Assembly: GCA_012026655.1 (NCBI GenBank)
Contig: JAAILG010000030.1
Span: 1-64,000, forward strand
DNA from: Hydrolagus affinis
Lineage: Eukaryota
DNA length: 64,000 nt
Reading direction: 5' to 3'
Below the pieces are notes generated by a model that was not told the origin of the DNA, ran no database searches, and worked only from the letters and a program-made list of their open reading frames with translations. Position 1 is the first letter of the stretch; each line of letters starts with the position of its first letter. Shown in pieces: positions 12,373 to 25,180 of the stretch. A program made the translations under genes and the position numbers.

Positions 12373-15294
12373 TGCTTCAAATATTCTGCCATTTACAGTC
12401 CTTAAGGAAGTTTTGAAAAGAAAATATAATTATGTAATTCCTTCTTATTGTGTATTATATAATTTAAAAAAAGTCAATTTAACATTTTCCGATTGCAAGC
12501 TTTGTGGGACTAGATCACATGGAATAGACATCTTACCAGTGAAGTCTGAAAACTATGTACAATCTTCATCAACAGTATCCCCGCCAAACCCTACCAATAC
12601 TTTGTAAAACTCATCTGTTAAAAGTACGTTTGAGAACGTCTAGAACACATGTCAATTTATTATTCAAGTATTATTCTTACTTTTCCTTTAAACTTGTGCT
12701 AAAACAGCTTTTCAAAATGGTTAACGTACATTTAGCTAATTTTTGCTTGAAGTTTACTTGAGAAATGTATAGTTTGCTTTTGATCCATTTGAGGCTTGTT
12801 CAGCTTTGCACTTGATCTCTAGTTCCATCCACATTACCAATTTGTCTTGGTATTTTCAGCAATGATATAAGAATGCAATTGAAGGCTCAAGGAATATGTA
12901 CAGATAAAGATTGAATACAATGGGCATTTTGCTTGTTGGCGCTACGGCAATGTCAGTAGGTTTAATTGTTGATAGCTGTTGTTGAGTCTTGCTCAACTAT
13001 TATATGATCAGGAAGTTTTACAGTACTATCTCTTAGGTGAGTGACCAAGTACAGTAGAATTAATCTGAGGGCAGTTTCTTAATGTGAAGATTGCTCTTTT
13101 TTTCTGCCGTGTTTTTAAATGTTTGCAATTTGAGTCAGTAATGCTTTTTCTCACTGAAAACCAGTTTATTTTGATTTGGTGCTCTACATAATTTGGAACG
13201 GAAGAATTTTCATTTTATTTTTGTTTGAACATTTTCCAAAGCACTCATATTTTTGAATGTAAGGTGCTGAAAATTACTTACAGTATCAAATGATCTGGAT
13301 AAATTGCAAAAACGTATTTGATTCTCTGAGATGTATTTCATTAGTCTTACTAGCTTCCCATTGATTGGATATTTTCTGTGAATTATGCCTAAATCCTTTC
13401 GACCTTTGCAATTGACATCTCCATTGTGTGCCTATATTTTGTGTTCAATATGCTTAGCTTTGCGTTTATCTACATTTAAATCCATCTGCCTTTCCTCAGC
13501 TTATTCACTTCAATGGTCCAAATCATTCAATGCTACCAATCTCCCTTGTACTTGTCACCAGCGCTTGGTGTCGTTAGTAGTTTTTATGATATGACAAGTA
13601 TGCAGAGAGCTTGTAAGAGCCCAAGGCACACTCCTACAAAACACTGAAGTGTTCATTATAATTAACCATAATTAGGACAATTTTCAAATTCATATAATGC
13701 GGTTGCTTGATGGCATGTTTTAAGAACTTGTATGTGGAGCCACTTCTGATCCTCCACACTTATTCTAGGAAGGTGGGCTTTTGGCTCAGATTTAATGCTT
13801 TTTCTTTTTGCCAATTTGTTACCTTGCTTTCATTACTCTGCCTGCTAATATGGTTATTAGCAATGTTCTGCCATACTTTATTGAAATAGGAAACTTGAGA
13901 GTACCTTGTTTAAATAGCCCAAGGTTGCCTGTATCATTATAAAACATACTAAATGTTCATTATGACAATTAAACATTTAAATTGACATAATATTTGAATT
14001 GTGGCAGTTGAGCTCATCCTTGAAATTGGGAGCTTTAGTACCTGCTTTCAGCTAACTATTGCTATTTTTTAGTGTAATTTATCAGCAATATTAATGTTAA
14101 ATAAAATCTTAAGCAGTTGGCTTGTCAGAAATCATTGATCTAATATTAGATATTATTGTACTGTGATGATCCTCTTGGTTCAATGTGCATAATGAAGTGA
14201 TGAAGGTAAAAGTGATCCTCCAGGAAAACGATCACCTTCCACAATTCTAGTGTTACATCCGAATCTAATGATGGTCATCATGATGTGCTTTTTAAATAGG
14301 AAAATTAATTGATCCAGCACCATATATCAATCTACATATTTTTGAATGAACAAGCAATTTATTTGTTAATAAGCAAGTCTTATTTGGACATGAGGAACTC
14401 AGATTATGGACAACAACAACAACAAAATTCTATTGATAGAGCGCCTTTCAGGTCGGGAGGAAGTCTCATCTCCTGCCCCCCTTTCTAATGCTACAGGATC
14501 ATTCAATTGGTGTAGAACATCTTTGATAGAAGATAGAAGCAATATGCTGAGGATCAAATGTACAAATTCTTGCATTTGAATTTGCATATGTGGTATGACA
14601 CTGGGCTGTATTTATAGGTTACTCAGATGTGCACAATAGACCATTAAGAATAACCGCATTATACTGCAATGTAGAACAAGATTCATTTCCTTGGTTGCAT
14701 TACGAATGAATTTCATTATGAATTACAACTGTTTTGGGTTTCTATCTGTAGTTTTGGTTCATATGTCGTGTGTTGGCATTATTGTCTTTATGTTTATCTT
14801 CTTACCCATCTGTTATGCCTATTCCATATTTCGCTTCGTTATTTTTCATTGCTAACCATTTCATTTTATTTATTCTTTTGCTGGGAAATGGTGTTTTCAG
14901 TTTATATTCAGCTGCTGATTATCATAGTAAGGCTTGCAGTGATTATGTTACATTTGTTACTGTTCCATTTGTCATTAGTGGCTGTTGGTAGGAAGAAAAA
15001 AGTAACGGAAAATGGTTAAAACTGCCCCATGAACCACAGTGTATATTATTTTTTTAATGGAATTGATCATAAGGAAGTAATCTCATCCGAGGGTTCGCCT
15101 GATAGTTGTAAATTGCTTGACATCTATGAAGTTTTCTGAATGCTTGAATGAGATCAGTCTTGATTACTCCAGGGGAACATTTTTTCAAAAAAATATGAAG
15201 CCAACTCTTCTGATCCTTTTGGCAATTTCTTTATTAGTGTCTCTTTAGCCAATCATCCTATACTTTGAAATAAAAAGAATGAATTGAAAAGCAA

Positions 15295-15404
15295 TATTTC
15301 GCCCACAAAATATGGTCAATTCACTTTACGGTATATTCTTTGAAGCACTTTGAGATTTCAAAGACATGATAAGGCATTATATCAAATACAAGGATTATTA
15401 TTAT
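15295..15404 (+). mobile_element. Deu-type SINE 3' fragment
   Basis: tttcgcccacaaaatatggtcaattcactttacggtatattc...tatcaaatacaaggattattattat. Confidence 0.85.
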
Positions 15405-15826
15405 CTTTCTTTCTTACATATCACTACCCTTTGTTTTCCTAAACTTAGTCCTACCTTGTTCTTTGTTGCTATTGAATTCAACCCTTTTTTTAAAAAAAAA
15501 AGTTCCTCCCGTTCATTTTAGTTTTTTAATTGAAGTTCTCGGGTTTGCAATGTCTAGTTGAAAATACCATCAATTTAACTCTAAATTAAAAAAAATCAAA
15601 TTGCAGAATACAAGTTGGAATGTAAATAACAAATATTGCAAGCTAAATAAATAACTGCTTGTGTCCTTTGTTTCTTGGTCATTGTTCTTCTATAACCCAA
15701 ATCACATCGGCAATGCATCTCCATAATTTGGAAGTTATTCAGCTTCCAGCTAAGTTTTGTCAACTGTGCATCCAGTGCTATTGTTTCAAATGGAGCTTTT
15801 TATATCACCCAGAGAGAAATAGGTGC

Positions 15827-16170
15827 TAATGGATAGGGAGCCAGTGGAGCCTGGCGAGGGTGGAGTTGATAGCATCATGGAGACTGGTGCGGGAGAGGAC
15901 ATGAGCTGCAGAGTTCTGGATGATAAGCAGCTTGTGGAGGGAAGAGTTGGGAAGGCTGACAAGCAGGGAGTTGGCATGGTTGAGCCTAGATGTGACAGAT
16001 GTGTGGAGGAGGGTTTTGGTAGCCTGAGGGGAGAGATAGTGGCGGAGCAAGGAGATGTTGTGGAGCTGGGGGAAGGCAAAGCGGGTCATGGCAGGGATGT
16101 GGGGTGGAAAGGAGAGTTGAGGGTCAAAAAAGATGTCAAGGTTACGGATTGGCTCAGTCAGGTGGAAATG
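15827..16170 (-). mobile_element. L2 LINE ORF2 fragment
   Basis: Track ORF 15826..16089: LRHYLSPQATKTLLHTSVTSRLNHANSLLVSLP...LARLHWLPI. Confidence 0.9.
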
Positions 16171-17934
16171 TGCATCGCTGTGTACAACTCAAATAAGTGT
16201 ATTTATCATTATGCGAGCAAATAAACACATTCATAGCACAGAAAGGATTAAGTGACCAATGAAATAGATTTTGTGATTTTTACAAAAGTAGATTAAATAT
16301 CTGGTAACCAAGGATCGTTAGTTTCTTTTAGAAAAAAAGTAAGATTACTTCCAAATGTCTGTCATAGCATTGTTCCATTTTAGTGAAAGCTAGATATAAT
16401 CCCTATCTGCCAAAAGGAATCAAACCTCAATAGCTACATAGTGCTAGTAGTGTCAAAGGTCGGTTACGTGCTGTAAAAAGGTCCCAATCACAGTGACCTG
16501 CTCTTTGTTCACCCATTTTGGATTGAAAATATTCTCAATGTTGTTCAGAAATAGACCATGATATTGTTAGATCTTGACATTTCTAGAAGCTTTAACAGTT
16601 TATGACATCTTGGTCTCAAGGAGAATCTGCCCTCTTGTGGCATATCTTGTTAGCTGCTGAACTGCAAATCAGACAAATGCTGAAGACATAAAGCTATGCT
16701 AAATGGCATTCTTGCAACAGCTATGTAGGAGTCCCTGAGTAAACTGCTGAGCTCCACTAATTGTTTTCAAGAATGAACCAAGGGTTGTCATCCATGTGGG
16801 TGATATTCCCATCCTCCCCAGAAATATTAAGTGTCCATTTGTTGACCTTTGCTTGTGTTGTTCCCGGAAACGTTTAGAAAATGAATCAGTGTTAATTCAA
16901 CTTGAGCTTGGACTCAGGTTCTAGTGCACACACAGTGGCTTTCTTCTTCCCATTGAACTAAATCCATTAGAGTAACGTTTATCATTGATTCTCATTCCAT
17001 GGAAGAGGAACCAATGTTGACACCACATCAGCTTGTAGTCAGTCACCTCTTAAATCTTTCCATGATTGATTTTCAAATAATTCTTGCCTAGGACATCAAA
17101 TCCACACAAAATGCTTCATGTTTCTATAAAGTGGGCTGTGTATTTGTAGGCAAATGTAGCACCCAGTTTGTCTGGAGGATTGTTTGTCAGATACCTTTCT
17201 CTTAAAAGTGAATAATAATGATTATTATTATAATAACCAAATCAGTTTCTCCCTGCAAAGACTTTAAATGTGTGACGGCTCACAAAATGTGGCACACTTA
17301 AGATGCACGATGATCAGAAATTGCAAAAGTTACAAAAGTATTTCTGAAATCAATATTCAATTGAGCTGTGTAACCACACTACAGACTTTACAGTAAAAGG
17401 TAATCCTGCACAGAAGTCTATGTTGGAATTATGTAACTGAATTTTAGAGAGATCTGAATTATCCTCACCATAGAGGACAAGAAAGTTTAAAGCTAGCCCT
17501 CTGGATTTGCTGCTGTTGCTTGAAGGGAATCTGGTTACCGTTGATTTCTTTTGAACATCAAGAAATTGAAAAAAATCAACTATGTTTTGTCAATGTATAT
17601 ACATCATACGTTTAAGTCTCGAATCCCATCTCAGATATATCTATCTGTATTTTTCTTTGCAGGTAATTAATGTTAACTTCAGCAAATGACAAAATCTGTT
17701 AGGAAAAAGGATTGTCACAGAATATATATAAATATATATATGTTAGCCCTGGAACTGCTTTAATTTTGTCTGGGGGTAAAACAATTTCCTGTGGGGAAAA
17801 AAATCTTCTATTGATTAATTTTCTGCAAATTATGTAAAATCCTTCCAGAAATAATGAATTTCAATGCTGAAATGAGACGGTTTTTAAAATACACAGTGAA
17901 TAATCATATCTATTCAATATTCTTTATGTGACAG

Positions 17935-18018
17935 GAGCACGTTGCTAAGGTAACTGAGTACAAGGAGGAGAACAGTACCCTACTTGCAACAAAAGAAAAT
18001 CTGGCCAAAGAAATTGCT
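17935..18018 (+). CDS. Coiled-coil protein gene, exon 4 (EHVAKVTEYKEENSTLLATKENLAKEIA)
   Basis: Acceptor tctttatgtgacag|, donor GCT|gtaagt, 84 nt, phase 0-0, E/K-rich heptads. Confidence 0.85.
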
Positions 18019-19089
18019 GTAAGTTTTTCTTTGTGATGACTGTGGTTATGTCTGCACCTTTTAATCACTCAATAATGGATATAATTTTCTGATTTCTGTG
18101 GAGTTTTTTTTCTTTCCAGTGAGCACCCTCAAAGGCCATCTCCAAGGCTGCTGAAAAATAAGCCCAGTGGGCTCAGCAAATAATGGATGTAAAATCTTTA
18201 GCATTTTTATATAATTACTCTACTTTGTATTATTACCTCGCCTTGATGCTGTTCAGTGCTGCACAATCAGGCAAAGTGTCAGACGACAGTCAGTGATAAT
18301 TGGTAGCATTGATCAACGATTATTAGCTGAGTATGCCCGTTTCTGTCCATATCGCAAAACATTATTCACAAAGGAACAAATTACATTAAAGTGAATGAAA
18401 TAATGAATCCTGCAGGGGAATTTCTTAAGTTATATCTTATATTATTTTTTTCACACTACCTAGCACAGTAAAATAAATATTTCACAATCCAGTAATAAAT
18501 GGAAGGTCAGAAACAAGATTTGTTTCCTCATATGCTGAAAAAATATTCAGTGATTTGGCATAAATTTAGAGCTAACTTAATTAATATTGCACAATATACC
18601 ACATGAAAAATAACTGTTTATGTATAACTCAGAAAAGTGGTATGGTTCAATTTATTAAACCTGGAAATTATTATACAGAAGATTTGAGACCTTTATTATT
18701 CTGTCCCTGGGTGACTTTGTTTTTAAAACACTTTGTCATTTAGAAAGTTAGCTGTAATAAAAATGCTTTGACGGAGTTCTTGGACTTGTTATTCACCAGC
18801 ACAGGTTCTACACATTTGCAGTTTTGAAGAAAAGATTATGCAGTGTATTTACCCCAGTAGTTTTTCTTTGCTTATAATTTACTTCTTTGGACATTAAAGT
18901 AAAGTATAGATTACCTGCTCTTTCAACAAAGTCTTGCATCTTGAAAAGAATTAAACTCGATGTGTTCAGATGCTGTTAGGTTAACAAAAAATGTGATTTG
19001 TAAAATTGTGAATTATCCTATTATCCTATTTTATTGCTTGTTGGATATCAAACAACCAGCTAGTGATTTACCAAAATGGTTGGCCACCA

Positions 19090-19420
19090 CTGGTTTGGAT
19101 TGACACTTTAGTGCAATGTTGGGGCTGTACTGTCAAAGGTGCTGATGAGATGTTAAAATCATATCTGCACCCTCCAGTGGAATTAAATATCCTGTGGAAC
19201 TATTTTCAAAAGAAAGGGAAGTTTCTCCTGGTATCCTGACAAATTGATCGTTCACTTCATATGGCTGTTTGTGGAACAATGTTGTGCACCAGTGGCTTCA
19301 ATGCCACTGGGGCCTACATTTTACTACAGTTACTACATTTTACAGAAAAATCTGAAAGATTTTGATATATTTTGATGTTGCTATATCAAGATGCTATATC
19401 AAATGTAAAGATCATTATAG
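19090..19420 (+). mobile_element. Old SacSINE1-like/Deu SINE, degraded
   Basis: gatgagatgttaaa...ctcctggtatcctgacaaat...gctgtttgtggaacaatgttgtgcac (Deu core-like)...gctatatcaaatgtaaagatcatta. Confidence 0.6.
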
Positions 19421-22400
19421 CTACTAACTTTCATTATTCATCATGTTGAAATTTTTTCAGACATGGAAGGTCCTCTATAAGTGTAAATTGTTGGTCCACT
19501 GACTACAATATCATCTGTTTAGCTGTTCATGATATGCTCTCTCTTGACAGTTATCCATATATTCCAGTGTGTGTAATCAAGGTGGCTTAGCAGCAGGTTA
19601 ATGAAAACTGGATTCAACCAAGGACCTAATTTGTGCTATGTGCATAATGAGTCCACACGCACAATGCATACTTAAACAGATTAATAGTCCATATTCTTTC
19701 CTAAGAAATCATTAATTTAGCTGGGTTAAGGTGGTATTGTGCATTAGAGCACCGGAGTATTCAATCACCTGTCAGATTTATTTGTGCAGTGTAGGAAGGT
19801 CACACATCTACTGACCCAGGGGGAGGAAAGGGGAGAAATTATATGGGGCATCCTTATAGGGCTGTCTGGCTGTACATCTTCTGACAAGTTGATCCAAGTA
19901 GAAAAATTGTGAGTGGCATCTGCCTTTAAGAAGAACTCTCAAAGAAATGGATAACCATTAAAAAAAACTAGTTATAATGTGCAAAAATATGCAACTTAAT
20001 AAAGACCTGTCTTCTATTATGGAAATTATTTATTCTTTCTTTAATTCAAACAAAGTTCCTGACTGAACATGCAGTTAGTTTGATGGTGCTTGAGTCAAAG
20101 AGAGAGGAGAGTCTATATAAAAAGAAAGGTACAGTTGATAAAATGCAAATTGTTGAAATCTGTATTAAAAACGGGCGGTAATGGACAGAGTACGATTGAT
20201 CTTGAATGCATGCCCATAATTTTCTGCATATTTTGTGTTTTAATGTGACTGGCATTGTGTTGCTTGCATCATGTATCATGTATACTTGAGGTACCAGTTG
20301 ATACCAGCATTCATTTTAGAATGGTATAGGTGAACGACATCTGTTATGTTGTTAGATCTACACTGCATCACTACAATTAGACATTTTTATGTCTTAAATT
20401 TGTGAAAAACCTGAATTATAACCAATGATCACTTTGCCATGCATCCAACCTGGCATCAGGATAAAGCAATGAGTAAACCACTTCCAAAATCTTTGTGAAT
20501 GGAAAGTCTGAATTTCATATCACCCAAGACATTATACAAATTCTTTGCTGCCTCACATAATCTGAAACAGAACACTAGATCTATTGTGTGAGAATTATTC
20601 ATAATTGTGCAGACAGTGTCAAAAATCTGCTCACTTGTTTGTATTTTATGGAGTTGAGCAAACAACGGCTCATTGGTTAGGACATTATCTACATTGCTGT
20701 GGCAAAAGGAAGCCTTTTGCAAAATGAATATCAATAGCAATTATTTTGCATCAGCACCCTTTTTCAGGCAGCCAAATTTGCATTGGGTTGGATTGTGAAA
20801 AAAGAACATAGATTTTTTTATATTATTGTTTGATTTCCTTCCTCCTTTCCTGCTCCAGGGGCAATTCACTCTAGGTTTTTGTGGATAATATTTTCACTTC
20901 CTTTTCATTTTATTGAACAAAAATGTTTTCTTGATCTAAAATGTTCTCCAACTCAATGTCCAAAGGTTTTGCAAATCAGTTTGTAAATTAGAAAATGTCT
21001 GATTTCTGATGTTTAGATGAATCTAAGCTTACTGTGGAAAAACAAACAAGGCCAACTTTGGGAAAAAAAACTATTCCTTTTACAATTACTGTATTGCTGG
21101 AGTCCCTCTTGCTTTAACCAACATAGCTGTTTTGGATATTTGATCAACTTGTAGGTTTCAGTCGATAATATTTACATGATGTTTCTCTGCAAATGTGTAA
21201 TACTCACTGTCGAAGAGCTGAGATATGTGGAGCACAAGAAATAATGTTGACTGAAATAATTATTTTGTTGTATTTTCACCTACGCACTGCCAACTTCAAA
21301 GGTTACTTTAGTCATTTACAAAACGAATGGGATTTTTTCCATTCAATACTTCAAATTCTGTTTAAAAATTAGAAGTACTGAAATGGTTAAATTAATTGCT
21401 ACCAAATAACAGCCCTACAATGGTGACAATTAATATTTCCATTATTGGTCCCTAGCTGTAAGACTAATGGAATGCCATTAACAAAATTGTCATTAACTTG
21501 TGGTCATTATTTGGCCATTACAGTGGTATCATTGCAGCACTGTGAAATATTGCCATTAGTCAATATTCAATCTCTTTTGATGTGATATTTATATGAAACA
21601 TTATAGAGTAATAAATAATGTATTGAGAATTTCACGTTTGATGTATTAATGATTTTTTTTTACAAAATGGCAATAGAAACAAATCAGTAAGAATATTTTT
21701 AAATAAACTACAGTACATTGTTATTTGTGTGGGACATCAAAGTACAACTGGAGTTTATTTGGTGTGCAACATCCAGGACTTGAATATCAGAGACACTTTT
21801 TCTGGAGGTAAAGAATACTTTATATCAGTCTATACTATAACTGAGGAATAGATCAGCAGTAAAATTTTATTGATTTTTTTAAAAAAAGTATTGGAAATTA
21901 GATGCAGAATAAATTTAATTTAAAAGAAAATGGAAATTGTTCTAATAGCTCAGTTGCAAATACTACTGGTAGGCTCACATGATGATTAACTAGACCACCC
22001 CATTCTCGTTTTATAATTTTGAAACCCCCAAAAGCCTATATTTGTAGTTAAATGAATAAGGTTAATATTTTTTATTTATAGTTTTTCATAAAGGACTATT
22101 GTCCAGCTGCGGGTTGACCCCTTTAATAATAAATGATGGATGTCAGAATTACAGAGAGCTGAGAAAATCCAATTTTGTCTCAGCTGTATTAAATAGAAAC
22201 TGAAATATCTGATTTAATGCATGGTATGAATGGTTGCTATTATGTCCTATTAACAAATCAACCTCCTCTTTCTATAATGTGAATCCTTATCGCACCAGGA
22301 GCAGCGTGCACGCTTTTCTGTATTGATTTATTGCTGCTTGCTATATGACAGTGGAAAGTAATGAGTTGACTATGTTTTTGATAGGATTGTGTAGTAAGTT

Positions 22401-24789
22401 CAGCAAGTTTTATCTCTGTCACTTGATTAGATTTTGCCAGGGTTACTTAGTTTGCAGAAAATGCTAACTCAGCTGTTACAATTGAATTGTTATGAAATGG
22501 ATAATAGCATTTGGAACATTTTTTGCTGTGTAGACTTCATGCTGTTTTCAAGGATGGGAATACTCTACAAACTGTGGCTGAAATTGTGTTCTCACTTTAA
22601 GGTGTACTTTATCAAAATGCAATGCAACAACTACTTACATTTATATAACGCCCTTCACACAAGGGTAGCATTTTAGAGCACCTAATCAACCTGTACCTTT
22701 GATGGTTGTATTATTTGTAAAAGTAAACTGTGAAACTTTTTTGCAGTTCACTTCTATTTCCATCAGGAGCCATAGATAAACTTGTACCGATGAAGGGCAG
22801 GTTTATATAGTTTTCAAATCTAAGAACCATAACTAATTCTTGTTACATTGGCATGCATTCGGAAATGTTAGACTGAGGGATTGCTGCATTTGTATTCACA
22901 CCATATAAAAGGCTTTAGTTTGCTAATCAGTTTAATAACTAACGTTATTGCTAGTTTTAGACAGACTTGTTCTGAAGCACACTGTACAATTGTTTCTCCC
23001 TAGAGATTCTTCTCCTTCAATTACCAATCTCTTCTACACACTGATGAGTTTGAATCCATCTTTCAGTTATGGGGGAGTGAACGTGAATCTTTTTCTTATT
23101 TGAAATTAGTATCTTCAGAACAGTTACCTTTAAAATAATTGTGCAAGAATCTATTTCATTCCTTGAAGTGAACAAACATTATACATATACACACATATTG
23201 TGCAATGTTTAGTCAAGGAATAAATTAGAATATGAAACTTCACATTTTTGAAGGAAAGTTGGATGGAGATGATGTGTGTCTTCTCTGTGTTACAAGACCG
23301 TGTGAGATTGTTAATTAATCTTAAAAACAATTTAAAATGGATTTTACATATTCATTTTCTTGTGAATTTGGACTCCCCCAGAATACTTAACAAAAAAAAT
23401 CACAATATTTTTCCACTTGATGCTTAATGGACAGTATCAAGATTTCCCAGACCAGTTATTGAATAGGTAAGATGTAACATAGGGCTCCCCCTGCAGTGTC
23501 TCAACAATGTGCCTCACCAACAACTCAGAGAAGCACCCCCATTGATCAGGATCATATTATCACTTTTACAACACCAGAAGACTAACTGTCTCTTTCAGGT
23601 TTGTTCATCGTATCAAATTTGTTTATTGATATTGTATATCTTGATGTAAGTGTGAACTGCTACAAATTGATGTGGAACCAAAGGAACTCCCTAGTTTCGG
23701 AATGCTAAGGTTGACCATTCCCATGCAGTTAAATCCTGTTCAATGCATAATTTGACTAAAATGTGCTCGATCGGGATTTCTAGATACAACTAATTTGCAA
23801 ATCCTTGGGGCGCTTCAATTCTTTGTTCAACTATTCTAAACAAAACCTTACAGTTAATATTTTATACCTAAACCTTTTAAATCTGCGATATGAGAAGTTA
23901 CTTTTTAACGTTGGATCAGCATTTTATGTTCTCATGCTTTGTAATCAGAGGTTTGTTAAGTTGGAATGAAGGGAACTAGTGTGTTTTTTTATGGAATCAA
24001 GAAATTTGTTGAATAAAATAGAAGCTTTGTGAATTATAAAGATTTATTAAAAGAAACTGAAGTGCCTCTGACCCTCTCTCGTCATGCACCTTAGGGAGCT
24101 GCAGCTGCTCATTCCTGTTCTTGTGTTGCATTGTGTTTCCATGGCAGCGTTCAGTGCAAGGCGGCAATAGGTTGGTTCACTGTTGACTCTTGTCATTGTA
24201 CTGTACCTGACACTGAGCAACTTCGAGGCTAGCATAATCAATGGAACTGACGGAATTCTACCATTGCAATAGAAACATTTCTAGATATACTAACAAAAAA
24301 TGAGAACTATTAGATTTTTAAAAATATAAATGAACTTTTTTTTTAGAAGATATTCTTTGTTTTTTTATTTAATATTGTTCTCTATCACGGGGGAATCTGT
24401 GGGTGGAGTTTTCTTTTGGGTCTGTGCCACTATTTTATTAGGAAATGGCAAATTTGCACTTAATACCTTTCCCTGTTCTTGCACCATATCCCTTGATATT
24501 CAAGTCTACCAAATGCCTACCTCTTTCTTAATATTTCATTTGGCTGGATACCTACAAACGTTTGAAGTGGTGAATACCACATTGTCACAAAATATTTTCT
24601 GATTACACTTTTGACTAGTTTAGCTCTGATTTTAAGATTACATTCTATTATTTTACATTCCTGTACCAGAGGGAAATGTTTCTATCTATGCTGTGCCCCC
24701 AACCCCACCTACAATAAAGATTTTTTTTTGTTGTTCACCAAGCAAAAGTCTTGAAAGATAAGAGCTTTCAAAAAGATCACTCAATTCAC

Positions 24790-24928
24790 AACTGTTTGCG
24801 GGACAATCGGCTGCCATAATTCGCCCACAAAATACAGTGAATTCACTTTACAATATATTCTGTGAAGCACTTTCAGATGTCTCAAAGACACGATAAGGTG
24901 CTGTATCAAATGCAAGAATTATTATTAA
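24790..24928 (+). mobile_element. Deu-type SINE 3' fragment
   Basis: actgtttgcgggacaatcggctgcc...cgcccacaaaatacagtgaattcacttta...tcaaatgcaagaattattatt. Confidence 0.85.
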
Positions 24929-25057
24929 TTAATTTGGTTCTGTTTCTTCACTTTTAGGAAAATTAAATGACTAACATTCTACAATTGTGAAAACTGCTTT
25001 GTGGGTTATATTATCAGTGTATTTTAAATATATACTTTTAATTATCTTTTTTCTAAG

Positions 25058-25180
25058 GATTTCAGAATCAGGTTTCAGTTTTCTGAGAGTGAACTTCTAA
25101 GACTGGAAGAAGAGAACAGGAACTTAAAGGTGGCCGCTGGCAACGTTAGATCAATCATCCAGCAAAGCAGACCAGCACAG
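25058..25180 (+). CDS. Coiled-coil protein gene, exon 5 (DFRIRFQFSESELLRLEEENRNLKVAAGNVRSIIQQSRPAQ)
   Basis: Polypyrimidine tract ending ttctaag|, donor CAG|gtttgc, 123 nt, phase 0-0. The AAG acceptor is less common and other AGs lie nearby, so the exact start is less certain. Confidence 0.8.

Noticed and set aside
16540-16800. Possible reverse transcriptase remnant (LDISRSF-like)
   Set aside because: Too degraded to delimit or classify by eye; probably an old CR1/L2 fragment.
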